From: a virus
Strand: one strand, 5' to 3'
IMG/VR virus record: IMGVR_UViG_3300045988_155594
Location: 1-29,171 of that record
Length of the DNA stretch: 29,171 nucleotides
In this document: in pieces, positions 13,287 through 23,016 of the stretch
Layout: each line of letters begins with the position of its first letter
Position numbering within the stretch: the stretch's first letter is position 1
Notes under the pieces: model-generated
Database searches by the model: none
Seen by the model: only the letters and a program-made list of their open reading frames with translations
Told to the model about the DNA's origin: nothing
Made by a program: the position numbers and the translations under genes

Positions 13287-16200
13287 CTATGAACCTCCAT
13301 TTCCCCATGATTTCAACATATCTCGAATTGATATAATTTCTTGTACAGTATCTGTAACAACATTTCCATCCAATTGCATAGGTTGTAGATTGATTGTTAG
13401 ATCACAATTTCCAATCGCATTAATCATTTGATCCAATCTATTTGTGATTGCACTCAAATTTATATTACCAACGCTTCCATAGCTTCGTGATGTAGTTCCA
13501 CCCATAATAGCTGTTGTAGCATTCGCAACAGATGCATATGGACTGATATCTGAATATGTAGCAATCTTATCCGCATCCATTGGCATTATATCCGTGTCAA
13601 CTACAGGTTTATCCGCATTAAACAAAGATTGTGGGAAATATTTTTTATTGTCATCACCTTCAACAACTCTTGTCTTTTTTATAGTTGTATGTGTAACCGT
13701 GATAGGATGACTGTCTGCATAACTTTGAGCTTTATCAATATTTGATTTAATATCTGAATAAGCTTTAGCAGAGCTTGTAACCATACCGTATAAGTGAGGT
13801 TGCAGTGATTTTTCCATCTTTCCGCCCATACTTCCAACAGCAGCTGATGTAGTTCCGTCATTCGCAAATGCATCCGCAATACCAGTGATTGATTTGTCAG
13901 CTTGTTTTTTCATCTTTTCACCGGCTTCTTTCATTTTCGGATCTGTGTCTTGCATCATTTTAGTTACCGCATCTCCAACAGACATTTGTCCACTAGCAAC
14001 TTTTTCAGCTACATCAGCAGGAATTTGTTGTCCTTCAATACCAGCAGTTTGAACTGCCTGTGCCAATGTAATTAAATTGTTCATGGCATTGGTTGCTTCT
14101 GTGATACTTCCACAATTTGCAAGAATACTATTGGCTACACTCATAGGAATAGAACCACCGATCATACCGGCTTGATCTACAAGTTGTTGAAAATTCATCA
14201 AACTAGCCATATAGTTAGCTGCTTCTACCGCATTTGCAGTTCCATTTGTAATACCTTCTTGAATACCAATAGGAATGCGAATACCTGCTTGAGCTGCCTG
14301 TGCTGCAATATCAGTCAACTGTGCCTTCATAGTCGTTCCCATCTGTTCAAACGACTGTGTTTCTAAGTAGTTAGATTGAAGAATGGATTGTGTCTGCGTT
14401 TCGTGCAATTTCGTATAAGAATCCGCTAAATCCGTACATAATGTATTGATTGAATCCCTCAATGCACTTGATTGATTCATGTAATCTTGCATCGAAATAT
14501 GGCCTGCTGCATATTCTGCACTTAATTTTCTTAATGAATCCGTTGTACTATTAATGCTTTCCGTAAGCTCAGCATTCTTTAATTCCGCTTTCAATTGAGC
14601 AGCGGCATTTTTCTTTGCGATACTTGCCAACGCTTCTTGTTTTGCTTCTTCTTGAATCTGAGTGATTCTTTCTTTGATTGCATCAATACTTTTATAGTGC
14701 GCATCATCATTAAGATTTAGTTTGCCAGTATTCTCGTCAATTTCTACTCCTAAATCAGGATAAAGTTGATTTAACTCCCTAACTGCTTCTGCAAGCATAG
14801 TCTTTTGTGTAGCATTTAAAGATTCTTTTGCGTTAAGATCTTCAATTGTTTGCATCAAATGACTTGCGGTTTTGTTGTTTTGCATATATTGAGTTACAAT
14901 TTCACCCATGCTTGTCTTAGTTTTAGACATTGACTTTGCATACTTCTCATAACCATCAATAACTTTTAATGTAACTGCATAATCTGTATCTTTATATGCA
15001 AGCTCTTTATTTGCAGTTTCCATCGCTTCCTTGCGTTTTTTATCGGCCCAAACAACAGCACCTGCGAAAGCACCAAGTGCAACTGTAACTGCCGTAATTG
15101 CTGGATGTGTTAATACAAAACCTTTTCCTAACGAAACGATAGAAGTACTTGCTGCTTCTCCTTCTTTTGCAGCAATTCCAAATCCATCCGCTACCTTTTG
15201 TAAGCTTGGATGTGCTTTAGTAAAGAATCCAACAGCACTTTGCGTTGCACCAGCTACTTTACTTACACCTTTTGCAGTTGGATAAGCGGCTGCCGTCAAC
15301 AATAACATCTTTGCGATTGTCTGTTGCGTTCCTTCATCTAAATTAGAGAATGCATTAGCTGCCTTTTTTACTATCTTTAATAGATCCGTTAAAGTAGGTG
15401 TAAATGCCTGACCTAATTCATTACCAGCTTGTTTAATTGCTTCCCATGTTTGAGATAGTTGTGATTTCAATGTCGCATAACGCTTTTCTGCTTCGTTTGC
15501 CATGGCCGTATTGTCATTCCATGCATTTTTAGAAACATTTAATGCACTAGCCAATACATCCGAACTTTGTGCCAAAGCACCCATTGACTGTGCTTGTCGT
15601 ACTTCCTTAATGCCTAATTCATCCAATGTTTTTGTAACATCCGCCGATTTACCAATACCTTCTACAAACTTTAAGAATGTTCCCGCTGCATCTTCTCCCC
15701 AAGCTTTTTGAAATTGTTGAGAAGTCATACCAGATACTTCTGCAAACTTTTGTAGTTTCTTATCTCCCGTAGAAACAGATAGATCAATTGTCTTTAACAT
15801 TTTAGAGACAGAACTACCACCAGCAGCGGCTTCAATACCTAATGAAGATAATGCAGTTGATAACCCTAATACTTCATTAGAGTTAAAGCCTACCATCTTA
15901 CCTGCAACACCTAATCTAGTAGCCATATTCATAATATCTGCTTCAGTTGTAGAGAATTTATTTCCTAAGTCTACGATTGTAGAACCTAAACGAGAATAAT
16001 ATGTATTCGTCTTTTTAGACTGCGAAACCATTACGTTTGAGAACTTGGCAATACTTTGTGCTGCTTCTTCACCAACAAGATTTGTAGTATCCCCCAATTC
16101 TGTAATAGTTTTAGTAAATCCAACAATAGCATCTGTAGGGATACCCATTTGTCCTGCAAGTTCTGCATAATGTGCAATGTCTTGATATGTACTCGATGTA

Positions 16201-17060
16201 TTTTGTGCTAGATCTTTTAAGCCTGCATTGATTTTTTCAAACTGTTGAGGTGTTGCATTTACTGTTTTTGTAACACCAGTCCATGCATCTTCAAAATCGA
16301 TTGCAGTTTTTGTAGCGGCTGCAATACCTGCAAAAGATAACATAGACAATGGTTTTACTGCGTTCGCAAACTGTTCTGCTTTTGAGCTTACTTTTCCTAA
16401 CGTATCATACAGTCTTAACAGTGTTTCATTCGTTGAAATGAATGATTTTGACATACCTGCCAATTCATTTTTAAGTCCTAAAGCACCTGCTTTTAAACCT
16501 AAATATGTGCGTTGAGAATCTTCGTATGTACTGCCTAAATCAACCAATGATTTTTTTTGTTCGGCAATACCTGAAGTACAATCATCCATTGCTTCTTTTA
16601 AAGTGACATTTCGTGAAGCTAATCTTTGGATAGCATTTTCACCTTGTTCTGCCGAACGCGTACCGTTCGCAATTGCTTCTTTCCATGCACTTATTTGTTT
16701 GTTGTTGTCTGCATATTCTTTATTCAAAGAATTAAACGTATGAGTGTAATTATCAACAGACTTAGTAGCAGAAGAAACCGCATCGGACCACTGCTTCTGT
16801 GTCTTTGGATAATTCATCAGTTTCTTGTTATAGACTTCCAATTGCTTAGTTGTGCTTTTGATTTTATCTTGTAACAAGTTCTGATATGTCGCAAAGGACT
16901 GAAAATCTCCTTCGTTGAATTTCATAGAAGATTTCAGTTTTGACATTGTTTTATCTAATCCTGCTGTTTCGGATTTTATTTTATTAATTGCTTTTTGAAA
17001 GCCTGTAGTATCTCCATCAATTTTTACGGAGATACCTCTTACTTGACTGTAACCTGACAA
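13287..17060 (-). CDS. Tail tape measure protein
   Basis: 1257-aa Ala/Gln/Lys-rich helical ORF after the G/GT chaperone. A TP901-type core is visible (AQNTSSTYQDIAHYAELAGQMGIPTD...EEAAQSIAKFSNVM). TTG start with AGGAGG 8 nt upstream. Confidence 0.95.
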   Translation of the reverse strand: MSGYSQVRGISVKIDGDTTGFQKAINKIKSETAGLDKTMSKLKSSMKFNEGDFQSFATYQNLLQDKIKSTTKQLEVYNKKLMNYPKTQKQWSDAVSSATKSVDNYTHTFNSLNKEYADNNKQISAWKEAIANGTRSAEQGENAIQRLASRNVTLKEAMDDCTSGIAEQKKSLVDLGSTYEDSQRTYLGLKAGALGLKNELAGMSKSFISTNETLLRLYDTLGKVSSKAEQFANAVKPLSMLSFAGIAAATKTAIDFEDAWTGVTKTVNATPQQFEKINAGLKDLAQNTSSTYQDIAHYAELAGQMGIPTDAIVGFTKTITELGDTTNLVGEEAAQSIAKFSNVMVSQSKKTNTYYSRLGSTIVDLGNKFSTTEADIMNMATRLGVAGKMVGFNSNEVLGLSTALSSLGIEAAAGGSSVSKMLKTIDLSVSTGDKKLQKFAEVSGMTSQQFQKAWGEDAAGTFLKFVEGIGKSADVTKTLDELGIKEVRQAQSMGALAQSSDVLASALNVSKNAWNDNTAMANEAEKRYATLKSQLSQTWEAIKQAGNELGQAFTPTLTDLLKIVKKAANAFSNLDEGTQQTIAKMLLLTAAAYPTAKGVSKVAGATQSAVGFFTKAHPSLQKVADGFGIAAKEGEAASTSIVSLGKGFVLTHPAITAVTVALGAFAGAVVWADKKRKEAMETANKELAYKDTDYAVTLKVIDGYEKYAKSMSKTKTSMGEIVTQYMQNNKTASHLMQTIEDLNAKESLNATQKTMLAEAVRELNQLYPDLGVEIDENTGKLNLNDDAHYKSIDAIKERITQIQEEAKQEALASIAKKNAAAQLKAELKNAELTESINSTTDSLRKLSAEYAAGHISMQDYMNQSSALRDSINTLCTDLADSYTKLHETQTQSILQSNYLETQSFEQMGTTMKAQLTDIAAQAAQAGIRIPIGIQEGITNGTANAVEAANYMASLMNFQQLVDQAGMIGGSIPMSVANSILANCGSITEATNAMNNLITLAQAVQTAGIEGQQIPADVAEKVASGQMSVGDAVTKMMQDTDPKMKEAGEKMKKQADKSITGIADAFANDGTTSAAVGSMGGKMEKSLQPHLYGMVTSSAKAYSDIKSNIDKAQSYADSHPITVTHTTIKKTRVVEGDDNKKYFPQSLFNADKPVVDTDIMPMDADKIATYSDISPYASVANATTAIMGGTTSRSYGSVGNINLSAITNRLDQMINAIGNCDLTINLQPMQLDGNVVTDTVQEIISIRDMLKSWGNGGS

Positions 17061-17072
17061 TTTTAGTACCTC

Positions 17073-17689
17073 CTAAAATCTGTCAAAGTCGCTTTGGATT
17101 GCTTTACGAATACGAATTTTGTTTTTTGAATTATTTACTTTGGACTGCATATTTCCACGTGCAATAATCAAATCAAACAATCTTCCTATGCCCATATCCT
17201 CTATTTCATCTATTTTTAATCCTAAATTTAATCCACCTAATACTAAATCAGTGTAGCTTACGCTTCTTTTTTTTTATCATCTGAAACCACTTCATCGGAT
17301 TCATCTTTTACCGTTGCTTTATTTGCATTGATAATTTGTTCTAGAATAACAACTCCGCTCATTACATAGGTTTGATAATCTTCAATTTCATCAACAAAAT
17401 CTTGGAACGCTTTTGTTTCTTTTCCATGATATGTGTCATACGTCTTGATACATACCCAAACTAATCTTTCAAAAAATAAAGATCCGTTTGCTTGTAATAA
17501 AGTGAAATAAGGATCTCGATCAGGATTTCCTTCACGAACATTTTTTTCGATAGCTTCACCAAATTTGATTTGCACTTCCTGAATGTCCACTAACAAATCT
17601 CTGTTGAAACAATCTCTATAAATGCTAGCCGTTTTGCCTTTATACAATAAATTATATTTTTTACCATCAATACTTAGTGTCTGTTCCAT
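17073..17689 (-). CDS. Tail assembly chaperone -1 frameshift fusion (gpGT-like)
   Basis: The A9 slippery run lies at 17267-17275. The -1 frame stays open for 64 further codons (RSVSYTDLVLGGLNLGLKIDEIEDMGIGRLFDLIIARGNMQSK...DFDRF). It stops at TAG 17073-17075, just before the tape-measure SD. Confidence 0.75.
17258..17689 (-). CDS. Tail assembly chaperone (gpG-like, zero-frame product)
   Basis: 143-aa acidic ORF between the major tail and tape-measure genes. It ends DDKKKEA on an A9 tract. Confidence 0.8.
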   Translation of the reverse strand: MEQTLSIDGKKYNLLYKGKTASIYRDCFNRDLLVDIQEVQIKFGEAIEKNVREGNPDRDPYFTLLQANGSLFFERLVWVCIKTYDTYHGKETKAFQDFVDEIEDYQTYVMSGVVILEQIINANKATVKDESDEVVSDDKKKEA

Positions 17690-17700
17690 ATAACCTCACA

Positions 17701-17720
17701 AAGAGGGGGTTGCCCCTCTT
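17701..17720 (-). promoter_or_regulatory. GC-rich intercistronic hairpin after the major tail gene
   Basis: AAGAGGGG (17701-17708) pairs with CCCCTCTT (17713-17720) around a 4-nt loop, overlapping the major-tail stop codon. No U-tract follows, so it is more likely an attenuator or stability element. Confidence 0.5.
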
Positions 17721-18363
17721 ATAATGTGCTCACTTCCTTGCCATTATCACTTTGTACAACTACCGGTGTACCTTCTTCCTGGCTCATTTCACTAGCTTTT
17801 GGAGTAGGTAATGTTGGAGCAGTTGTAAAGAAACTCTCATAATTTGTGTCACCTTTACGACATTTTGCCTTTACCCATTGATGATCATCTTTCTCAACAG
17901 GAACAGCCGTAATATCCATTGATGTAGTAGCAGGATCAGTGCTCTCTTCTTTTGTTTCACCTTCTACATTTGGTCGTGCAAATACAACCTTATAGAAGAT
18001 GTGTTTAGTAGCACTTACATCACCTTCAAATTGGAACATAAGCGCAACGTTATTAGGCAATACGTTTGCATCTTCTGCTAAGTTACCTTCTTCTGTTGTC
18101 ACTGTATTGAAAATCATTTTTTCAATTTCTTCAGGAATCTCAGACATTTCCAAACTTCCTGAATATCCATTGTTTGTATTCGTTGTAAAATACGCAGTGT
18201 TATCTGCATAATATGTATTTGTATCTCCTTCTGGATCTAGAGTTAATGATTTAGCACCTTTCCACGCAGTAGGCGCACCATATGTAATTGATCCTGCACT
18301 TTCTGTAATAGAACATACATGTACATTTTTTAGACCGAATCGTACTTTGTTTTTATTTGTCAT
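17719..18363 (-). CDS. Major tail protein (phi13-like)
   Basis: 214 aa in the canonical position. The pattern is FGLKNVHV..I...G..TYGAP.AW.GAKSLTLDPEGDTNTYYADN.AYF......GYSGSLEMSEIPEE. Confidence 0.85.
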   Translation of the reverse strand: MTNKNKVRFGLKNVHVCSITESAGSITYGAPTAWKGAKSLTLDPEGDTNTYYADNTAYFTTNTNNGYSGSLEMSEIPEEIEKMIFNTVTTEEGNLAEDANVLPNNVALMFQFEGDVSATKHIFYKVVFARPNVEGETKEESTDPATTSMDITAVPVEKDDHQWVKAKCRKGDTNYESFFTTAPTLPTPKASEMSQEEGTPVVVQSDNGKEVSTL

Positions 18364-18368
18364 AGTTT

Positions 18369-18779
18369 TTATCCTTTCAAATATTTTTCGATTAAACTTG
18401 GCAGTTCCTTGATTGCGTTTGTTTCTCCATCTTTCCAGTGCTTAAATGCACGTGTACGTCTAGGAGAATTCCATAAATTATGTCCGTTTTCTAGTAAATG
18501 AGTTAATGAGTATTCGTGGCCACTCGCATAAATAACACCGCGTGTATGAGCTAATTCACGTTCTATCTTGTATGTTATAGACCTTTTATACTTACCTTTT
18601 CTACGCGTGTTTCTATGGTCTACATTGGCCTTAGCTTTAACAATGTCTTTAGAATCTTTTGTAGTTTCTTCTACTGCTCTATCAATCTGCGCCAAAGAAT
18701 GCTCTTTATATTCTTGAATAATCTTTCTGATTTCAGGCCCAAGCTGAGAAATATCGCAGTATACATCATTGACGGCCAA
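18369..18779 (-). CDS. Tail completion protein, HK97 gp10-like
   Basis: 136 aa with a TTG start (GGTGA SD). The motif RGVIYASGHEYSLTHLLENGH and the position just upstream of the major tail gene support the call. Confidence 0.65.
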   Translation of the reverse strand: MAVNDVYCDISQLGPEIRKIIQEYKEHSLAQIDRAVEETTKDSKDIVKAKANVDHRNTRRKGKYKRSITYKIERELAHTRGVIYASGHEYSLTHLLENGHNLWNSPRRTRAFKHWKDGETNAIKELPSLIEKYLKG

Positions 18780-19104
18780 CTAATGTCACCGTCCATTCTG
18801 TACAGTGTACTTTTTGAGCTTTTATATCTTCATCTGTGATGGTTTGGTATGGTATTTCTAGTTCATCAAACATATCTTCGATTTTAGCTTCTAATTCAAA
18901 ATCTTTTTGATCAGTCACTAATCTATATATGTAAGTTCCAATCTTACAATACGTTCTATTGTCTGCAAAGTAATTATTTGTATAATCCAATGCATAATTC
19001 CCATAGGGGGTATGGGGTTTTGATTTGAAACTGCCATATACAAATTGTCCTTCACCTAAAAGTTCAGTGAATTTAGCTACAATCTGTTGTCTTACTGTTT
19101 CCAT
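18766..19104 (-). CDS. Head-tail joining module protein (function inferred from position)
   Basis: 112-aa ORF overlapping both neighbours within the connector block. Confidence 0.55.
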   Translation of the reverse strand: METVRQQIVAKFTELLGEGQFVYGSFKSKPHTPYGNYALDYTNNYFADNRTYCKIGTYIYRLVTDQKDFELEAKIEDMFDELEIPYQTITDEDIKAQKVHCTEWTVTLVGRQ

Positions 19105-19427
19105 TCTCCAGCATCCTGTTGAACATATAGTTCAATCGTATCTCCGGATGGGAATGTACGATAAACCGCATACTTTTTGTCGTTGTATTTCACTGTCGTT
19201 TCATCATTGTAATCAATAGTAGGAATAACAAGCTTATACGCTAACTGTATGCCTGCCTGGTAGGCTTCATTAAATTCTTTTGAATAAATTCCACCAACTC
19301 GACAAAACACTTCCTTCTCAGTTTCATTAACACGTTCCACACCATCTGCATCCACATATCTTTCTTTTTCAATCAGATATGCCACATCGTAGTAAAGATT
19401 ATTCTCACGAGTATATTCATATGCCAT
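19092..19427 (-). CDS. Head closure / head-tail adaptor protein
   Basis: 111 aa with an AAGGTGA SD. The pattern FCRVGGIYSKEF.EA......AYKLVIPTIDY....TVKYNDKKYAVYR is typical of SPP1 gp16/HK97 gp8-like adaptors. Confidence 0.6.
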   Translation of the reverse strand: MAYEYTRENNLYYDVAYLIEKERYVDADGVERVNETEKEVFCRVGGIYSKEFNEAYQAGIQLAYKLVIPTIDYNDETTVKYNDKKYAVYRTFPSGDTIELYVQQDAGEWKQ

Positions 19428-19428
19428 A

Positions 19429-19731
19429 CTATTTCACCTTCTTATGAGATTTATCTGTCATAAGAATCTGACGTAAATCCTCATATGTTTTAGCCATTGA
19501 TTCTTTATTTGAAGCATCCGTTGTACCAAATTTTGACATTACATATGCTATTACCGCTACTACAATTTCATCTTCTAAATCATCTTCATCAAATAAGATA
19601 TTTAATCTATCCAAATCGTATAAACATGCATTGATATACGTTTTGATTTCATCATCATAAGCATGTGATTTAGCTCTTGTAGCAGCAGTTCTAACACGTT
19701 CTAGAAGGCTTTCAGAAATATTGAACACCAT
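19429..19731 (-). CDS. gp6-like head-tail connector (DNA-packaging QLRG-type)
   Basis: 100 aa, the first gene after the capsid. A helical acidic pattern (DDEIKTYINACLYDLDRLNI) is present. Confidence 0.6.
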   Translation of the reverse strand: MVFNISESLLERVRTAATRAKSHAYDDEIKTYINACLYDLDRLNILFDEDDLEDEIVVAVIAYVMSKFGTTDASNKESMAKTYEDLRQILMTDKSHKKVK

Positions 19732-19887
19732 TATCTATCACCTAAGCTTTCTTCGCACTGCTTTTTCGAGTAGTTTTCTTAGGCTCATCATCTAATAAAA
19801 TAGGTTCATCATCAGTTCCAACAGGTTCTTCATCATTTAATGATTGTGTTCCTGTTTGACTTTCATCTTTTGTAACATCTCCATTGC

Positions 19888-21204
19888 TTAAGCTACTTTT
19901 TTTTTTAACAAGAAGATGTATTGAGGATCTAATACTTTACCATCATTGATAACCAATGCTTGAGTTACTTCCTCATTCTTTTCATAATCCCAGTACTTCT
20001 TCACACCAAACTGCATATTTGAGTTGATCGCATAGGCTTCTTTTCCAACCCAATACATTCCGAAATATTCACCGTTTTTTGCTTCATCAAAATCTTTGAA
20101 TGTATCATTTTCAACGAAATTAACTGTTCTAGCTTTGAATGTTGCACGTTCTGCACCATCAATAGGATTATATGTTTCTGCATAAACAGGACGATTATTA
20201 TCGTCGGCCAACGTTTTAATGTTTGCTTCATATGTAGCAGGAGTCATAACAAACTCTGGCTTTAATTTACGCATTGATAAAGGAATCTTTGCGAACAATT
20301 TTGTTTGCCATGATTTCCAATCTTTCATTTCTGCTTCCGTAAATTCAATAATATGATCGGCTTTAATACGACTACCTGATACTTTATTAGCTTCTGTTAA
20401 AATACCTTCACATTCATTATTTGTAGAGTCACCTGTTAAAATTTCACGATCCATAGCTTCCAAATAAGCTTCTACAATAACTTTTGCTAATTCAGTTTCA
20501 AATGCATTTACAGTCAATACAGTTTGTAGTAATGTACGTGCTAAACGAATTTCACCAATCAAATATCCAAATTGTACAAATTCTGTAACAGAACCGGCCT
20601 TTTGACGATCAGATACTGTTGTTTCTGTGATACGTTTAAATGTAGCCTTGAATGAACCGATAGGATATTTAACACCACCACGGAAATTTGTATGTAATAC
20701 TGCATTGTATAAGTAACCACGTGATTTACTTAATTCAGTCATTACTTTCTGCACAATTGTTTCAGGAATTAAAATACCTAGATCAGCTGCCACACCTGCT
20801 TCTGCACTACGTTGTCTTAAGATTTCTGACTGTTTTCCTTTTTGAACGAATTCCATGAATGCACTACGATACTCCATATCGTCTTCCATTCCTTTTTTAC
20901 GTTCTGATAAGTTTGTAGGCATTGATGGATGTGCTTTGCTACGAGCTTGTTCCTGTTGTGTAACAAAAGCACCTTCTTCATCTACAATAGATTTTGCCAT
21001 AGTATCTAAGAACGCTTTACGTTGTGCTACCTTGCCTTGTAACTCTTTGTCACGTTTTTGCAAGATATCAAATTCCGCCTGTAACATTTCCAAGTTTGTA
21101 TTAGGATCGTTTTTGTTGACCTCATCTTGAATTTCTTTAAATCTTTTTTGAATCTGTTCGTGATTCATTGCATTGAATGCTGCTAGTTGTTGCTCTGTAA
21201 ACAT
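19888..21204 (-). CDS. Major capsid protein, HK97 fold
   Basis: 438 aa after the prohead protease. It has an N-terminal coiled-coil delta domain (EIQDEVNK...LQKRDKELQGKVAQRKAFLD) followed by a globular domain. AAGGAGG SD. TAATG junction with the protease gene. Confidence 0.92.
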   Translation of the reverse strand: MFTEQQLAAFNAMNHEQIQKRFKEIQDEVNKNDPNTNLEMLQAEFDILQKRDKELQGKVAQRKAFLDTMAKSIVDEEGAFVTQQEQARSKAHPSMPTNLSERKKGMEDDMEYRSAFMEFVQKGKQSEILRQRSAEAGVAADLGILIPETIVQKVMTELSKSRGYLYNAVLHTNFRGGVKYPIGSFKATFKRITETTVSDRQKAGSVTEFVQFGYLIGEIRLARTLLQTVLTVNAFETELAKVIVEAYLEAMDREILTGDSTNNECEGILTEANKVSGSRIKADHIIEFTEAEMKDWKSWQTKLFAKIPLSMRKLKPEFVMTPATYEANIKTLADDNNRPVYAETYNPIDGAERATFKARTVNFVENDTFKDFDEAKNGEYFGMYWVGKEAYAINSNMQFGVKKYWDYEKNEEVTQALVINDGKVLDPQYIFLLKKKVA

Positions 21205-21815
21205 TAATTAATAGCCTCCTTAATCTGCAACAACAAACTCAGTCTTTCTCGTTTTTTTTCATTTTCTTTTTTAGTCCGTTCTTCATCCATTAAAGACTTT
21301 GCCCTTGCTTCAATAGATGTTTGATCATTTGCAGGAATCGACACTGCCGAAACATCATAAATTTTTGATACTTTACGTGTTGTCCACATCTTTTTAGATC
21401 TATCATATGATTCCTCATCCACCATGTATCGCCATGACATCTGAGTAACCATTCCTGCCTGAATACTGTCGTACAAGCGTTTTGCAGCTTCTGTTCTTCC
21501 TAAATCTGCTGCAACAAACAATCCATGTTCATCTACTTCAACGATGAGTGAACCATTGCTTGTACGTGCATATACCATTCCTCCATGATCAAATTGGAAG
21601 ATGATATCACTCATATCAGCGTTGTCCAAACTTGAACGCTCAATCAACTCATATACATCATTACCTTCGTAATCTCGATAAAGAACGTAAGGTTCAAATG
21701 TTGTAGCATATCCTTCAACATAGTACTGAGTATCAATCCGTTTGTTTTCCGTCACCGGGTTCATTTGGAACGGGATCGAGCGCATTTGGATTTTGCTGTG
21801 GTTCGGTTTCCCCAT
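21204..21815 (-). CDS. Prohead maturation protease (HK97 / S78 family)
   Basis: VEGYATTFEPY...FQFDHGGMVYARTSNGSL...DEHGLFVAADL...MSWRY pattern. Start taken at ATG 21815 (AAGGAGG 11 nt upstream). It overlaps the portal 3' end. Confidence 0.85.
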   Translation of the reverse strand: MGKPNHSKIQMRSIPFQMNPVTENKRIDTQYYVEGYATTFEPYVLYRDYEGNDVYELIERSSLDNADMSDIIFQFDHGGMVYARTSNGSLIVEVDEHGLFVAADLGRTEAAKRLYDSIQAGMVTQMSWRYMVDEESYDRSKKMWTTRKVSKIYDVSAVSIPANDQTSIEARAKSLMDEERTKKENEKKRERLSLLLQIKEAIN

Positions 21816-23016
21816 TGTAACCAATTCCTCCTTGATTCGATTTAGTTACCTGGATATATTCACCTCGAATAAAACGTTTCTTACCTTCATCATCTGGTAA
21901 AGGCGCTTTGTTCATAATATTTAATGCCCCGTTTGTATCAATCATTCCTCTATCGAACATTTGAGTCGCAACATTCAATTTTGTTTGTGTCGAATCATAC
22001 TGTAAACGATCACTTGTAAGAATGATTTCACTACCATTCATAATCTGATTTACGGAATATAACATTCCACTCAATACTTCTCCAACTTCAATAAAAAATG
22101 GTTCGATAATTGATTCATAAAATGCATTCCATTCATCAGGTTTATATTTATTTTGTAAAATAGCTTCACTAATTCCAAAATAGCTATATACACTATTTTC
22201 AATTGCTTGCTTCTGCTTGGCATCCACTAATAGTGGTTTACTTTCAATCGGTTTTACTTCATCAAAACGATTATCAACAAGGAATACACCTGTTTCATTC
22301 TTGTTCAGGTTATTTCTTAAGATCATGTTTTGTTGTTCTTTATAATCCTCATCATCGTCAATTGGTGTTGAAATTTTAGCTAAGAATCGAACAATAGAAC
22401 TAGACTTGATCGCATTGATTGCTCCTTCTTCCTGAGCAAGCATCAATTTAGCTGTTGTATCAAATGCATCATTCGTATCACCAAAGTAATCATTTTTATA
22501 CTGCATTTGCCTTAAATGTCCTACTTTGCTGTATTCAATCAATTTTGTTTCGCCATAGATGAAATTAAAATAAATATAAACTACACCATTGATTTCTTTT
22601 AACTGACACTGACTTGGAACAGCAGGCCACAATCCCTTTATCATTCCATATTCATCTTCAATTGGAATAATGAAAGCATTGTTTTCTGCAAAATATATGG
22701 TTGCCAATCTTTTATAAAATTGACTAGCTGTCATATAAGGATTTGGCTTTTTCTTAACCAAATAGTTATATATCTTGCTTTTGTAGTCTTTGTTTGTCAG
22801 TTCAGGTGAAGCTTTTCCACATGATGTGGCAATTCGATTGATACATGCTCTGCAAAGTCCAATCTCATATATTCCACCATCATATGATGAATACACCGGT
22901 GAATATCCACCTAAGCTTGCAAACATTGAGTGTAATTGATTTTGTTTAGGTGCTGGCTTATTTAGTCCTAATAGACTTCCTAGCAAACCAAATCTTTTTC
23001 TTCTGCTTTTAGCCAC
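21733..23016 (-). CDS. Portal protein (HK97 family)
   Basis: 427 aa between TerL and the protease. GTG start overlaps the TerL stop by 1 nt, with a GGAAGGTG SD. Confidence 0.9.
   Translation of the reverse strand: MAKSRRKRFGLLGSLLGLNKPAPKQNQLHSMFASLGGYSPVYSSYDGGIYEIGLCRACINRIATSCGKASPELTNKDYKSKIYNYLVKKKPNPYMTASQFYKRLATIYFAENNAFIIPIEDEYGMIKGLWPAVPSQCQLKEINGVVYIYFNFIYGETKLIEYSKVGHLRQMQYKNDYFGDTNDAFDTTAKLMLAQEEGAINAIKSSSIVRFLAKISTPIDDDEDYKEQQNMILRNNLNKNETGVFLVDNRFDEVKPIESKPLLVDAKQKQAIENSVYSYFGISEAILQNKYKPDEWNAFYESIIEPFFIEVGEVLSGMLYSVNQIMNGSEIILTSDRLQYDSTQTKLNVATQMFDRGMIDTNGALNIMNKAPLPDDEGKKRFIRGEYIQVTKSNQGGIGYNGETEPQQNPNALDPVPNEPGDGKQTD

Noticed and set aside
13679-16874. Several 64-84-aa ORFs inside or antisense to the tape measure gene (13679-13879, 14172-14366, 15031-15285, 15502-15711 and 16626-16874)
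   Set aside because: All are embedded in the continuous 1257-aa tape measure ORF. None has an RBS, and their compositions mirror alternative-frame or antisense reading of an Ala/Gln/Lys-rich gene.
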